64,000 nt of DNA from Octopus vulgaris (Eukaryota): assembly GCA_951406725.2 (NCBI GenBank), contig OX597827.1, forward strand, positions 69,068,001-69,132,000. Direction: 5' to 3'. Position 1 is the stretch's first letter; every line of letters begins with the position of its first letter. The notes beneath the pieces are model-generated. The model ran no database searches. It saw nothing but the letters and a program-made list of their open reading frames with translations, and was not told the DNA's origin. A program made the position numbers and the translations under genes. Positions 39,871 through 53,497 of the stretch are shown one piece after another.

Positions 39871-40669
39871 TTATTTTAGAATTTAATTGAAACTAATGAG
39901 GGGTGTATTTTGCCCCTTATGGAGTAATATGGACTGACAATAACCTGAGTACTGGGATTGACGTCGTAAACTAGCCCCTGTCCACAAAAACTTCAGGCCT
40001 TTTGCAGACACAGTTAGATGATTCCTGATGGACCCTTCACCAAGGAGGAAACTATTCGATTGTGGAACCTCCAAGACTGTGACAGCTAAGGATTGAAGGA
40101 TCATTGGCCGCAAGTTACATGGGAAACCTGGACAAACAAGTACCGTAAACCACCAGAAATCGCATTCTCTGGACCATTGCTTTGCAAGAACCCCTGAAAG
40201 AATTATGAGTTGGCAGAATAGTTAGAACAAAGGAATAAATGCTTTTTGGTATTTGTTCTTGGTTTTGATGTTGAGTTTCAATTCCACCTAGGTCAACATT
40301 GCCTTTCATCCTTTTGGGGTCACTAAAATAAAGTACCATTCAAATATTGTGTGTGTGTGTGTGTGTTGGCATCGCCTACTTACAAATAAGCATCACTGTT
40401 TACATAAACATTGTTGTTCACTGTTCACTTCCAATCTTCCATCTAAAACAGTGGTTCACAACTGGGGTCTATGCAACAAAATAGTAAACAGTGATCCACA
40501 CCAGTATTTTAAGGACCCCTAAAAGAATTTTGCTTTAGATGTATGTACTGAAAACCACCAGAAATCACTTCCTTGGGACCATTGCTTTGATTTGAGAACC
40601 CCTGAAACTGCCTCCTTTAACGCTCCGTCACAGGAGTTTGAGGTTTCAGTAGGCCCAAAAGTACATGAT

Positions 40670-41420
40670 GTTAGACATGAGTGTGTTCTGTTCACTGACG
40701 AAACCAAGCTCATGTGGCTAAATAGAACTGATCGGCAGATGCGTCTACTTTGGAGATGAGCATCACCAATGTTTACGACATCAACAACAGGGTGGAAGAG
40801 TCATATTGTGGGAGGGGGTTAAAAGTGACTGCAGCCACCTACTGCGGTTTCCTGAAGGATCCCTGGCTGGAAGACATTCCACTGTCATTTCTAAGGAATC
40901 TCGTATTCATGCATGACAATGCTCCCTCCCACTCTGTTAAGACCAGCCAAACAGTACTCAGGGTCTTGCGGCATACAAGGTGAAAGGTCGATAGTGTGGC
41001 CACCAGCATCTCCTGATCTCAGCCCTATCGAAAATCTTTGATCCATCACAACATGTTTATGCTGATGGACACCAATTTACATCAAAAGATGTCTTATGAG
41101 TAACCGTCAAAGCTGCAGCAGAGGCAGTCCAACCTGGGTACAGCCGTCCAAGAATTTGGACCTGGAGATCTCCATTTCCAGCGACTTCGAGGGCCACCTC
41201 CCAGTGGTGTCGGGTGTCAACGAAGAGCCCACGACTACAACAAGATGACCAAAGTTTTTTTATTTTTTATCCAAGGTCTGGGGTATCCTGCCCCTAAGCC
41301 CTAGACCATCACCTAATCACCCTTACCCGTCTTGTTGCTTAACAGCAACAACAACCTGGGTGCATATAAGTAATTAACAGATTCTATGACTAATAGCACT
41401 TTTGAAGTTATCCGTCAAAA
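40670..41420 (+). mobile_element. Tc1/mariner transposase remnant, interrupted by a retro-insertion
   Basis: VLFTDET, FMHDNAPSH and WPPASPDLSPIENL motifs of the DDE domain, with frameshifts. Confidence 0.85.
41140..41351 (+). mobile_element. Short non-LTR retro-insertion with (CAA)n tail and 10-bp TSD
   Basis: caacctgggt at 41130-41139 and 41352-41361; ends aacagcaacaa. Confidence 0.7.
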
Positions 41421-43126
41421 TGGCACTCATATGGCTAAATAAATGTTATATTTATTATGATTTTCTGTTACATATATATTTAATATATGCTTAATGTGTA
41501 TAATTACCTTTCATTTTCTGGGGGGAAAAAAACAGTCTAGATGGACTATTTTCATTCAAAATCTATTAGTGTGGTTCACCCAAAAACTGAAGAATCTGAA
41601 ATAAAAAAAGGATGTTACACAGAATAATGAAAACATAACAATGGTGTTGCCATAGCGTGCAAACCAGCTGGGAAAAGTTTTATCATAATCGATTCACAGA
41701 GGACCGAGAAATCCGAAATTTCACTCCATAGCTATTAGCGTGGTTCTGGGTGTACATGTGTACAAACACATACACCGGTTTCTTTCAGTTTCCATTTATC
41801 AAATCCACTGACAAGGCTTTGGTTGGCCTGGGGTTATAGTAGAAGACCCTTTTGTAATGTTCTACACAGTGTGACTGAACCCGACCCTGTGGTTTGGAAG
41901 CAAGCTTCTTAACCATACAGCCATGCCTGCTCCTTATATATATGAAAGAGATGTGTGTGTATATATGGCTGTGTGGTAAGTAGCTTGCTTACAAACCACG
42001 TGGTTCCGGGTTCAGTCCCACTGCATGGCACCTTGGGCAAGTGTCTTCTACTATAGCCTCGGGCCGACCAAAGCCTTGTGAGTGGATTTGGTAGGCAGAA
42101 ACTGAAAGAAGCCCGTCGTATATATGTATATATATATGTGTGTGTGTATATGCTTGTGCATCTGTGTTTGTCCCCCTAACATCACTTGACAACCAATGCT
42201 GATATGTTCACGTCCCCGTCGCTCAACAGTTCAGCAAAAGAGACCAATAGAATAAGTCCTGGGGTCGGTTTGCTCGACTAAAGGTGGTGCTCCAGCATGG
42301 CCACAGTCAAAAGACTGAAACAAATAGAAGAACAAAAGAATCATCATTTAGCATCCATGTTGCCATGGTTTCAGAGCTGGTTGCCCTTCTTAATGCTAGT
42401 TGCTTTACATTGTGTACTGGGTGCATTTTTTCATGCCACCAGTACTACCGAGGCTACCATGTAGCTCACAAGTCTATGGAGCATGAGGGGCAGGGTTGGA
42501 TCCTCTTGTCAGATGGGGGTTAAGGTATGAGAGAAAAAGTTGGAGTAGAGCCGCTACTTGTACAGGCATTACATGGCTACTTGTATTTAGGGAAAAGAGT
42601 GAAAATGAACCAGTAGTATATACAAATATATATTACGGTGGCACATAAAAAGCACCATCCGATCTTGGCCGTTTGCCAGCCTCGTCTGGCACCTGTGCCA
42701 GTGGCACGTAAAAAGCACCCACTACACTCGTGGAGTGGTTGGCGTTAGGAAGGGCATCCAGCTGTAGAAACATTGCCAGATCAGACTGGGCCTGGTGCAG
42801 CCTTCTGGCTTCCCAGACCCCAGTTGCACCGTCCAACCCATGCCAGCATGGAAAGCAGACGCTAAACGATGATGATGATGTATATATATATATATATATA
42901 TAGGGTTGGCGTTAGGAAGGGCATCCAGCCGTAGAAACACTGCCAGATCAGACTGGGCCTGGTGCAGCCTTCTGGCTTCCCAGACCCCAGTTGCACCGTC
43001 CAACCCATGCTAGCATGGAAAGCGGATGCTAAATGATGATGATGATGATATATTTGTATATACAATAGTATATACAAGTAAGAGGGATATACAAATGTTT
43101 CTGATTATTTATTTTATTGTCTGCAG

Positions 43127-43260
43127 CAACAATTCCCTGTTTGCCGTGCCAGCCAACCAAGAGTTTGTGTTCATCAACAGCCGAAGATCCGACAGCAGTG
43201 ATCCTGTCGCCTACTTCCTCCTGCAGCTACGAAACACCCACACAGTAAATAAAGATGGAG
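43127..43260 (+). CDS. SMG8: SMG8 exon 9 (NNSLFAVPANQEFVFINSRRSDSSDPVAYFLLQLRNTHTVNKDG)
   Basis: ctgcag / GTAAGT. Human NCLFTVPANQAFVYI..DPVGMLLDQLR. Confidence 0.96.
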
Positions 43261-44336
43261 GTAAGTTTCTCGATGATGTTGTCTGTCTTTTACAAGGTAT
43301 CTGGAGAAAAAAAATGGTATTGGGACCGTTGCTATGGTAACAGAGCTAAAGTACATGGAATGAATCCACTTGGTACAGATTGACCTTGAAATCTGAGGAC
43401 GTAAACATACCAGCATCGGTTGTCAAGCGATGTTGGTGGGGACAAACACAGACACATACATATATACAATGGGCTTCTTTCAGTTTCCGTCTACCAAATC
43501 CACTCGCAAGGCTTTGGTCGGCCTGAGGCTATAGTAGAAGACACTTGCCCAAGGTGCCACGCAGTGGGACTGAACCCGGATCCATGTGGTTCGTAAGCAA
43601 GCTACTTTACCACACAGCCACATCAAAATTTTATCTTAAATTTTGTTCTAAACCAAACATTTGTAATGACTGTTATTTTACAAAATTTTTCATTATTTTC
43701 TAAACCAGCTGAAACAAAGACAGTGTCTGCCAGCATAAATATGGTAACAATAGGTTTATGCTGATGTTTGGAGCATAAATTAGCATACAATGTGACAGAA
43801 ATTTTTAATTTAGATCACTTTAAAATGAGCAGTTTGTAATACAGAATCAGAGGCAACCTCAGGTGGCAATCTTTTTGTGAAACTAAGTCATAGGGATGTA
43901 AACAAACCAACACCAGTTGTCAAGTTATGTGTGTGAGACACACAGAAACACAAACCTACGTATGTATGTATGTGTTTGTGTCTCCTTGATCGTACGCAAT
44001 AGTTGTAAACAAGCATCACCGCCACGCAAGTGGTGTCATTTGTTTCCTGTCTTGTGTGAAAATCTGTTTAACCACAGAAGATCTGCCTCACCAGATTCTG
44101 TCTGACTTGTGCAGGCATGGAAAATGGAAAGCTCATTGTGTGTGACAATGTGTGTGACCACCGCTTGACAACCAATGTTGGTCTGCTTACATCCCAATAA
44201 CCTAGCAGTTTAATAAGAGGGACCAATAGAATAAGTGCCATTAAGGATAATGAAATTTTGAGTGAATGTGTCTGATTTCTAATGTATTATTTTCATGCTT
44301 CATCATTTTTTTTGTTTTTTCTTTCCTTTTCCTCAG

Positions 44337-44548
44337 AACCTATGAAAGGTAAAAGCTATCAAACAAGTCGTCGCACCAACCAAGGTAGTCCCGGTCGTAC
44401 TGACAACCTCAGCCATACCACATCTCTAAATAAATGTTCATCGTCTGATAACAGCTTTCACGACTTCCTTTGGCCTCATATTGAGCTGGCATTCAATAAA
44501 GGTTTTGATGACAATGTCGGTAAAAGGCAAGTGCCAGCATTGTTCGAG
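44337..44548 (+). CDS. SMG8: SMG8 exon 10 (EPMKGKSYQTSRR...FHDFLWPHIELAFNKGFDDNVGKRQVPALFE)
   Basis: Strong pyrimidine tract with cctcag acceptor / GTGGGT. Human LREFLWQHVELVLSKKGFDDSVGRNPQPSHFE. Confidence 0.96.
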
Positions 44549-45327
44549 GTGGGTGCACAGATTTACATCATGTTTTAGCTTATTTCTATTGGTTTATTGT
44601 TTACTTTATTTCCTACTGCCCCAAATGGTTAATGCTTATCTTGACAGTGGGTTGGACAGATCTACAAGTTTACAGCTTCGGCTTAAGTTCATTTAAATAT
44701 TTTTAACTATAGGTGCAGGAGTGGCTGTGTGTTAAGAGGTCGACTTTGCCTTTCGTCCTTTTGGGGTCGACTTTGCCTTTCAGGGTTTTGGGGTTGACTT
44801 TGCCTTTCATGCTTTTGAGGTTAACTTTGCCTTTCATCCTTTCGGGGTCGATAAATCAAGTACCGGTTATGCACTGGGGTCGATGTAATTGACTTAATCC
44901 CTTTGTCTGTCCTTGTTTGTCCCCTCTATGTTTAGCTCCTTGTGGGCAATAAAGAAATAAGCTTGCTTCTTAATCATGCAGACTTGGGTTTAGTTCCACT
45001 GCTTGGCACCATAGACAAGTTTCTTGTACTGTAGCCCCAGACCGACCAAGAGCTTGTGAGCAAATTTCATCATCATCATTTAACTGCTTTCGTAGCTGAT
45101 ATGGTTTGGACAGTTTGACAGAAGCTGGTTAGGTAGAAGATTGTACCAGGCTTTGCTGTCTGTTTTGGCATGGTTTTTACAGCAGGATGCCCTTTCAAAT
45201 GCCAACCACTTACTCTACAGTGTGGATTGCATGCTTTTTATGTGGCACCAATACTGGTAGGGTCACCGAGTAATTTACACGACAAAGATTTGTTCAGCAG
45301 AAACTGAAAGAAGCCCATCATGTATAT

Positions 45328-45655
45328 GACTTGACTTGAGCAGCATTCACCCAGGGTGGGTTGAGCTAGCTTCATTCATCCTCAGTGCTGCATCTCTCAC
45401 AAACGCCAACCGGGCTTGGCGATTTGAGGCTAACGACAGCGTGATCTCCAACCACTCCTTATTCCAGCGGCGAACGCCGTAGACATGGAGGCTTAGGTTA
45501 GGTTCCAGATCAGCCTTGACTGTCATCAGCCAGGTTTTTCATTGTCCACCACATCGCTTTCGCCAACCCTGAAGGGAGCTGGAGCAATTGCTTCATAGAT
45601 GAATTCTCCTGGTTGACGATGGAGGGCATGACCCAGCCAATGCAGATGTCTCGTT
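45328..45655 (-). mobile_element. LINE 3' end (RHLHWLGHALHR..), second copy at 24660-24760(+)
   Basis: RTE-like WLGH motif, (CAAGT)n-type tail, shared 100-bp segment. Confidence 0.55.
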
Positions 45656-47399
45656 AAGATTTTATGTTTATACATTTGTATGTGATGGTCTTGACATCAT
45701 GTTATGGTTATAAATGAGCATCACCATCATACAAGCAATGGTGTTCATTTCCAGTCCGGCCTTTGGAGAAACAAATGTGGGATGTCAACAGAAAGTGTGT
45801 CCAGTTGCAGAAAATTTGCCACAGTAAAATTCCGTCTGACCCATGCAAGCATGGAAGACTAGACGTGAAATAAATGGTTTTTAATGCTGACATGGGTTGG
45901 ATGATTTGACCAGAACTGACAAATGCGAGAGCAGCATCAGCTTCCAGTCTGGTTTGGCTCAGTTTCTATGGCTGGATGCCCTTCCTCATGCCAACCTCCT
46001 TACAGTGTGTGCTGGGTGCTATAAGAAAATAGTGTATAAATATTAAGTGAAAAAGACCCTTAGATGGAAAATTCAAAGCTGCCAGTAGGACTTGAACCCA
46101 TTTCTTCTGTAAACATGACAGACATTCTATCATTGGACCAAAGCAGTTTTTTCAGTTTTTTAGAAGTTTTGCTCTGACTGAGAATTGTATGTTGTTGACA
46201 TCATACAAGTTTAGATATTTTAACTTTTTTTCCCTCCAAGAGTTATTTTTAAACCAGTGTCATGTCCAGTGTGGAATTTATATGCCAGAGAAACCAGGAA
46301 ACTGGCCCAAGCTCTAATTTAAGTTCTACCATTAAAGCAAGTTTATCTTTATCTATGACATACTTTGTGTGTGTGTTTCATTGAAAAGTGAGAAGTTACA
46401 GTTTTTTTCCTCCCCAGAAAAAAATCTCTTTATATACATAGTGTAATGTAAAACACAGTATACTTCAGACTTAGGCAAAAATGAAATCACTCCAGAAGTG
46501 AAGACAAGTAGCAGATATAGTATTTCACTACTTTTGCAGCTTGTCAGTGCCACTTTGGGAACAAGGTCAAATCAGCCAGTCTGAAGTATACATTGTATAA
46601 ACAATACACTGATTTGTAATGACGTTGCCAAGGCTGAATAAAATTGAACTCTGCAATAGATGCAGCTTTAGAATAAAATCTTTATCTAAGTGACAAACTT
46701 TACATATGCTTATTGTTGAAAAGCCTGAAGCTGTAGTTTTTGTCCTGAAAATATCCCTCTTTTGACATATTGTGTTAAAAAAATCCTATAGATATGCTTC
46801 GGAACTCATCATCATTTATTTTCTGATTTCCATGCTGGCATGGGTTGGATGGTTCTGTAGGAACTGGTAAGCTGGAGAGCTACACCAGGCTTCAATTGTC
46901 TGTTTTGGCATGGTTTCTATGGCTGGATGCCCTTCCTGATGCTGACCACTTTACACTGTGTACTGGGTGAATTTTCCGTGGCACCAGCACAGTTAACATC
47001 ATCAGTATTTAACGTCTGTGTTCTATGATATCATGGGTGGGATGGTACCACAAGAACTGGCTGGGCCAGAGCCTGCACCAGACTTTTGTGACTGTTTTGG
47101 CACGATTTTTTTTACGGTGCCATGCCCTTCCTAACACCAACCACTCAGCAGAGTGGACTTAGTACTTTTTATGTGGGACAAGCACAAGCAGGGTGAGTAG
47201 TGCTTTTTACACGGCACAAGTACAGGCAAGGTCAGTTTTGGCAGGGTTTTTACAGCTGGATGCCCTTCCAAACACCAACCACTTTACAGTGAGGACTGGG
47301 TGCTTTTAAGTGGCACCTGCACCAACTGGGTCTCCAAGTACTTGTAAGACAAAAACTTTTAAGAAGGGAGGAGGCATTGGAGGAGGAGGTGATGATGAA

Positions 47400-47625
47400 A
47401 AGCTGGCAGAAACGCTAGCACGCCGGGCGAAATGCTTAGCAGTATTTCGTCTGCCATTACATTCTGAGTTCAAATTCCGCTGAGGTCAACTTTGCCTTTC
47501 ATCTTTTCGGGGTCGATAAATTAAGTACCAGTTACGCACTGGGGTCGATATAATCGACTTAATCCGTTTGTCTGTCCTTGTTTGTCCTCTCTGTGTTTAG
47601 CCCCTTGTGGGTAGTAAAGAAATAG
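47400..47625 (+). mobile_element. SINE family B (representative copy; central domain resembles the MetaSINE-type motif)
   Basis: gagttcaaattcc B-box, then ctttgcctttcatcctttcggggtcgataaattaagtaccag. Copies at about 6733-6950, 9300-9700, 11885-12290 (tandem), 16750-16965(-), 21743-21980(-), 30903-31110, 35757-35990, 44735-44960, 50380-50550. Confidence 0.85.
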
Positions 47626-47927
47626 GTTGTAGTGAGACGATACAGGTGTCTTGCTGAAGAGGAAGTACAAGGTTACCCAAGAGAGAAAGATCAGGAATGA
47701 AGACAGAAACAGGTGTCAAACTAAAATTCTAAATTCAGGTATACCTCAACTTAGTTGGCAGTGGGTTCCAAAAAATAGCGTTAAACAAAAATACATTGTA
47801 AAAAATATAAAGATTTAATTCAAAATAATGCATGTTAAAGTATGCCTATACTTCAGATTTTTTTTTAAAAACCTTTATAGCCACACAAATAAATAATCTC
47901 TTTGTTCTTTTATCTCCTTCTCTTCAG

Positions 47928-48067
47928 ATGGCCACAGCTAGCACTTGGTTTACCTTGGCATCAAAGCTTTACCAATTATATTTTAATGAACTGTCAGATA
48001 CCAAAGCTCAAAGCTTCTTCAATAAGATGAGGACCAAGCTTGATGTAGACATTAGATTTTCAGAGAA
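47928..48067 (+). CDS. SMG8: SMG8 exon 11 (MATASTWFTLASKLYQLYFNE...KLDVDIRFSE-N)
   Basis: tcttcag / GTAAGG. Human WISAASKLYE..LDIDTKFSEN. Confidence 0.96.
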
Positions 48068-48244
48068 GTAAGGAGACATGTTATTACTTTATTTATTTTA
48101 AAAAATCTTTTTTTTTTCAGATTTTCCCCATCTCTCCATTTTTTTTTTTTGTTGTTCATCATCATCATCATTGTTTTAACATCCACTTTTCCATGTTTGC
48201 ATGGATCAGGTGGAATTTGTTGACTGAAACAACTAAAAGAATAT

Positions 48245-48890
48245 GCACTTAAAAATCCCCATCTGAACCTGGCTGATGCCAGTGCCTCCTGACTGGCCCC
48301 CATGCTAGTGGCACTTAAAAAGCACCGTCTGAACCTGGCTGATGGTAATGTCTCTTGACTGGCTCCCGTGCTTGTAACACTTAAAAATCCCCATCCGAAC
48401 GTGGCTGATGCCAGTGCCATGCTAGTGGCACTTAAAAAGCACCGTCTGAACCTGGCTGATGGTAATGTCTCTTGACTGGCTCCCGTGCTTGTAACACTTA
48501 AAAATCCCCATCTGAACCTGGCTGATGCCAGTGCCTCCTGACTGGCCCCCATGCTAGTGGCACTTAAAAAGCACCGTCTGAACCTGGCTGATGGTAATGT
48601 CTCTTGACTGGCTCCTGTGCTTGTAACACTTAAAAATCCCCATCCGAACGTGGCTGATGCCAGTGCCTCCTGACTGGCTCCCATGCTGGTGGCACTTAAA
48701 AAGCCCCATCCAAACATGGCTGATGCCAATGCCTCCTGACTGGCTCCCATGCTGGCGGCACTTAAAAAGCACCATCCAAACATGGTCAATGCCAGTGCCT
48801 CCTGACTGGCTTCCATGCTGGTGGCACTTGAAAATCCCCATCCGAACGTGGCCAATGCCAGTGCCGCCTGACTGGCACCTGTGCTGGTGG
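48245..48890 (+). repeat. ~60-bp minisatellite (about 11 units) in an RTE 3'UTR
   Basis: Unit cacttaaaaa[tccc/gcac]..gaacctggctgatg..tgactggc; source of the spurious 281-aa ORF. Related arrays at 55350-55640 and 62340-62660. Confidence 0.9.
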
Positions 48891-49487
48891 GATGCAAAGA
48901 TCACCCACTACACTCTCAGAGTGGTTGGTGTTAGGAAGGGCATCCAGCTGTAGACACCTTGCCAGATCAGATTCGAGCCTGGTGCAGCCACTGGCTTTCC
49001 AGTCCTCAGTCGAACCATCAAACCCATGCCAGTATGGAAAACGGACATTAAACAATGATGATGATGATATGCATTGGGTTTGACTGCCTATGTTCAGTCT
49101 GCTGTAGGACAAAGGTTTCAATATGTTCTCTACACCAATTATGGTTTGATACAGAGGCTGTGAATTTGAGCTTCAGATCCTACAGGTATGTTGAGCCTGT
49201 TCTTCCACACTGGCTCGACATGGCTTGGCAGCGGGGTGCAGTTTTTATACTCTTACCCTGGATTAGTTAAGTTGATTACACTGACCTCAATGCTCAACTG
49301 GTCCTTATTGTATCAAACCCGGGAGAATGAAAGGCAAAGTTGACCTCAGTGGAATTTGAACTCAGAACATAAGGACAAATGAAATACTGCCAGCTCATCA
49401 TATAGGGAGTGGCAAGCAGGCAGAATGATTCTGTAACTTTTTTCTGTTTAAGGATGTTGGCTCTGTGCAAAGAGGTGGTCCTTATTA

Positions 49488-49664
49488 CAGTTCTATATTT
49501 AAGAGATGAGAAATTGTGTACCTTATTTACATTATTTACATTCGACGGATATTTGTCCTCATCTTGTTTGTTATTAACACAACATTTCGGTTAGAGGGTA
49601 TATCAGCCGAAACGTTGTGTTAACAACAAACAAGATGAGGACAAATAACTGTCAAATGTAAATA
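49488..49664. mobile_element. Inverted-repeat Penelope-like remnant with ~15-bp target duplication
   Basis: Inverted arms of about 60 bp (49532-49592 / 49605-49665) containing CAGCCGAAACGTTGTGTT, flanked by aggtggtcc[t/a]tatta at 49473 and 49665. Confidence 0.65.
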
Positions 49665-50853
49665 AGGTGGTCCATATTAGTCTAACCTCTATTGTTTGAC
49701 TTGTATAGTATGTGAGGCTCTACATGGAGCTCGTTTTCTCTGATGAGAAGGGACAGTTGATATTATTGACACGCCAAGTACTGATGTCAATGATATCAAC
49801 TACTTTTCCGTCAAATTTCTGGACGTGTGCCTATGTAAGAAGCACAGCATCATGTGATGTTTTAAACATGACATAGGTTTCTTACACAGATGTTATTATC
49901 CAGAGACAAAGTTTTGTTATATTGATGTTGAACACTTGAAAGGCGCTTGGCCACTTTGCCATGAGGCTCGAATTTATTTTAAATGTGAAGATCTCTAAAT
50001 GATATGATTTTGTATTATGGAAACAAATGCCATCTCAAATAAATAGGCTTAATTAATTTAGGTTAGTCAAGTTTGGTTTAGTGATAAATTTAGTGTTTTC
50101 TAAAACGTTAGCACACTGGGCGAAATACTTAGCGGTATTTTGTCTGCCATCATGGCCGTTTGCCCCGATCGTGGCCGTTTGGCAGCCTTGTCTGGCACAT
50201 AAAAAGCACCCACTACACTCATGGAGTGGTTGGCATTAGGAAGGGCATCCAGCCGTAGAAACATTGCCAGATCAGACTGGGCCTGGTGCAGCCTTCTGGC
50301 TTCCCAGACCCCAGTTGCACCGTCCAACCCATGCCAGCATGGAAAGCGGATGCTAAACGATGATGATGATGATGATGATTACGTTCTGAGTTCAAATTCC
50401 ACCGAGGTCGACTTTGCCTTTCATCCTTTTGGGGTCGATAAATTAAGTACCAGTTACGCACTGGGGTCAATGTAATCAACTTAATCCCTTGGTCTGTCCT
50501 TGTTTGTCCCCTCTATGTTTAGCCCCTTGTGGGCAATAAAGAAATAAGAAATGCTATGGAAGCCAGTTGTATTTTCTATGTATCTTTGTGTTTGTCCCAC
50601 CCCCTAGTTGATAGCCAGTGTTGGTTTGTTTACTTCCCCATAAGTCAGCAATGTGACAGCTGGATGCCCTTCCAAATAAGTACTGCAGGTGATATAACTA
50701 ATCTCTTTAAGGAGGTAGCACTGTATGGTTGCAGTCCAATGATTGAAACCAGTAACAGAATAAACGAATACAGCGTTTCATATGTTGTTAATTTTGTTGT
50801 AATCATTTTGTTGTTGCTAATCTTATATACTTTGTTGTTGTTTTCCTCCACAG

Positions 50854-50941
50854 TCGTTGTAACAAAGTACTGCCTGTTGCAGAGACTGCATACCAAGAAG
50901 GCCTACCAACCCACTACACAAATAGCTACCATCTCTCCAAG
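50854..50941 (+). CDS. SMG8: SMG8 exon 12 (RCNKVLPVAETAYQEGLPTHYTNSYHLSK)
   Basis: ccacag / GTGAGT. Human RCQKALPMAHSAYQSNLPHNYT. Confidence 0.96.
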
Positions 50942-51321
50942 GTGAGTTTTGTTATCAATGATTTCTTTATAGATTTTGTACATTTACCAGATGGAGAAGT
51001 AAGTCTGAAACAAAAAAATATTTGGTATGACTTCAGCATTTAAATCAGCCATACATATTGTACCTGTTTTGTGTTCAATCCAGCCAGATGTGGCCTCTCA
51101 CACTTACCATATTCTTTTACTTTCTTTTATGCTTTTACTTGCTTCAATCATTTGACTGTGGCCATGCTGGAGCACCGCCTTTAGTCGAACAACTCGACCC
51201 CCAGGACCTTATTCCTTGCAAGCCTAGTACTTATTCTATCAGTCTCTTTTGCCAAACCGCTAAGTTACGGGGATGTGAACACACCAACATCGGTTGTCAA
51301 GCGATGGTGGGAGGACAAACA

Positions 51322-51358
<37 letters not shown>

Positions 51359-52884
51359 GACGGGCTTCTTTCAGTTTCCATCTACCAAATTCACTCACAA
51401 GGCTTTGGTCAGACCGAGGCTATAGTAGAAAACACTTGCCCAAGGTGCCACGCAGTGGGACTGAACCCAGAGCAATGTGGTTGGTAAGCAAGCTACTTAC
51501 CACACAGTCACTCCTACGCCTATGATATCGTTTTAAAAATAATCAATCACATCATCAAAACATCAAAGCTATGAGATAATGCATAATTAATTCAAAACAA
51601 CATGAATAACAAGCATTATATTTGACAGAGTAATCTGAGCGAGGTCGTTGCCAGTGCCGCTGGACTGGCTCCTGTGCAGGTGGCACATAAAAAGGACCAT
51701 TTGAGCGTGGCCGTTGCCAGTACCGGCTGACTGGCCCTCGTGCCGGTGACACGTAAAAGCACCCACTACACTCTCAGAGTGGTTGGCATTAGGAAGGGCA
51801 TCCAGCTGTAGAAACTCTGCCAGATCAAGATTGGAGCCTGGTGCAGTTCCTCAGTTTACCAGTTTTCAGTCAAATCGTCCAACCCATGCTAGCATGGAAA
51901 GCAAACGTTAAACGATGATGATGATGATGATGATGATGACTTCACCATTTAAATCGGCCATATTTAGCCAATATACTGTACCTGTTTTGTGTTCAATCCA
52001 GCCAGATGTGGCCTCTCACACTTACCATATGATATTGTTTTAAATATAGTCAATCACATCATCAAAATATCAAAGCTATGAGATAATGCATAGTTAATTA
52101 AACGATGATGATGATGATGTTAAACACTGCTCAAACTAGTTCTACTCCAAATCTATCAAAGTTCTCACTCTATACCTTACTTCAGCCCTTTATTCCCTAT
52201 GGAGTGTATGCCACTGACAACTTTTCTCCACTGTTTTTTATTCTGGCCTATCCACTCTGATGAAAGACCTTCCTCTCCCAGGTCTTGTTGGTTTTGAACT
52301 GCCATCAAAGCTCCTGTAACTTTGCTCTTTTTCTATGTAGAGATCTTGGCTCTATGCAGAGGTGGCCTATATTTGTCTAACTGTTATCATTTGACTTATC
52401 TAGCATGGGAAGTCATATCAGAAGCTTGCATTCCAATGCATAGCTCTCAAAATTCTTAATCAGTAATTCAGCAAAAGAGAACTTACTGACCAAATACCAG
52501 GCTTGAAGCAAAAATAAGTATTGGAGTCAACCTGTTTCACTAAAACCCTTCAAGGTTTTGCTTTCACATGACTGAAATGGACTGGATCTTGTGGTATTTA
52601 GTTAGTTACAGCTCGAATAATTTTTCTTAGTGCTTAGTTCAGAGGGATGGGCAGCACCCATAACTCTTTAAAGAGGCTCAAGGACAGGTCAGAAGGTAGG
52701 AGGTTGATATTACACCAAAGATTTGGCCCCACCAAATGCTTGCAATGGAGTGAACTCTGCTACAGGCTCCCCCAAGAATTTGATGCCTGGAATCAAACTC
52801 GGAATCTTGGGGTTAGTAGCCCGCACTCTTAACCACTATGCCATATGCCCATGGGTATATGAATAATAATAATAATAATAATAA

Positions 52885-53057
52885 TATCGAAAAATACGTT
52901 AGGAATGAGAACCCAGGTTCGAAATTCCCCAAGACACCTGATGGAGGCTGGTTGGTATATCAGCCGAAACATTGTGTTCACAACAAACAAGATGAGGAGA
53001 AATATCCATCAAATGTAAACAATGAACATAATTCCTCATCTCTTAAATATAGAACTG
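52885..53057 (+). mobile_element. Penelope-like pLTR remnant with degenerate hammerhead (52933-52978)
   Basis: GACAC CTGATGG A GGCTG [10 nt] CAGCC GAAA CATT GTGTT, following (AAT)n. Same family as 49488-49664. Confidence 0.6.
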
Positions 53058-53224
53058 AAATAACTGCCAGTTTGCTTTCTATATTACTATTTCAAAGCTG
53101 ACACCATCCTAACTGCAGTTTTACCCCAGATATCTCTCTCTCTCTCTCTCTCTCTCTCGGCCATCATCTCCAAACAAACCAATCCAATCTCTTTGTTATT
53201 CTTCCTCCTTTTTTTCCATTTCAG

Positions 53225-53321
53225 TTCAACCAAGCCAAGAGGGTTTTTGCTCAGTATGCTCGAGGTGCTGCATATAAGAAATACCTGTGTCAGTTGGAAG
53301 AGGCTTGCGAGAAGTGGTGGA
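53225..53321 (+). pseudogene. Partial tandem duplicate of SMG8 exon 13 (first 97 nt) with its own acceptor
   Basis: Identical to 53498-53594 and preceded by a copy of the same intron end (53085-53224 vs 53369-53497). Has no donor and runs into a SINE fragment. Confidence 0.9.
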
Positions 53322-53497
53322 CGCAGTGGGACTTAACCCAAAACCATGTAGCTAGGAAGCAAGCTCCCTACTATTTCAAAGCTGACACTATCCTAACTGC
53401 AGTATTACTCCAGATCTCTCTCTCTCTCTCAGCCATCATCTCGAAACAAACCAATCCAATCTCTTTGTTATTCTACCTTTCTTTTTTTTCATTTCAG

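Noticed and set aside
48052-48897. 281-aa repetitive ORF on the minus strand
   Set aside because: Translation of a ~60-bp minisatellite in a LINE 3'UTR, antisense within an SMG8 intron.
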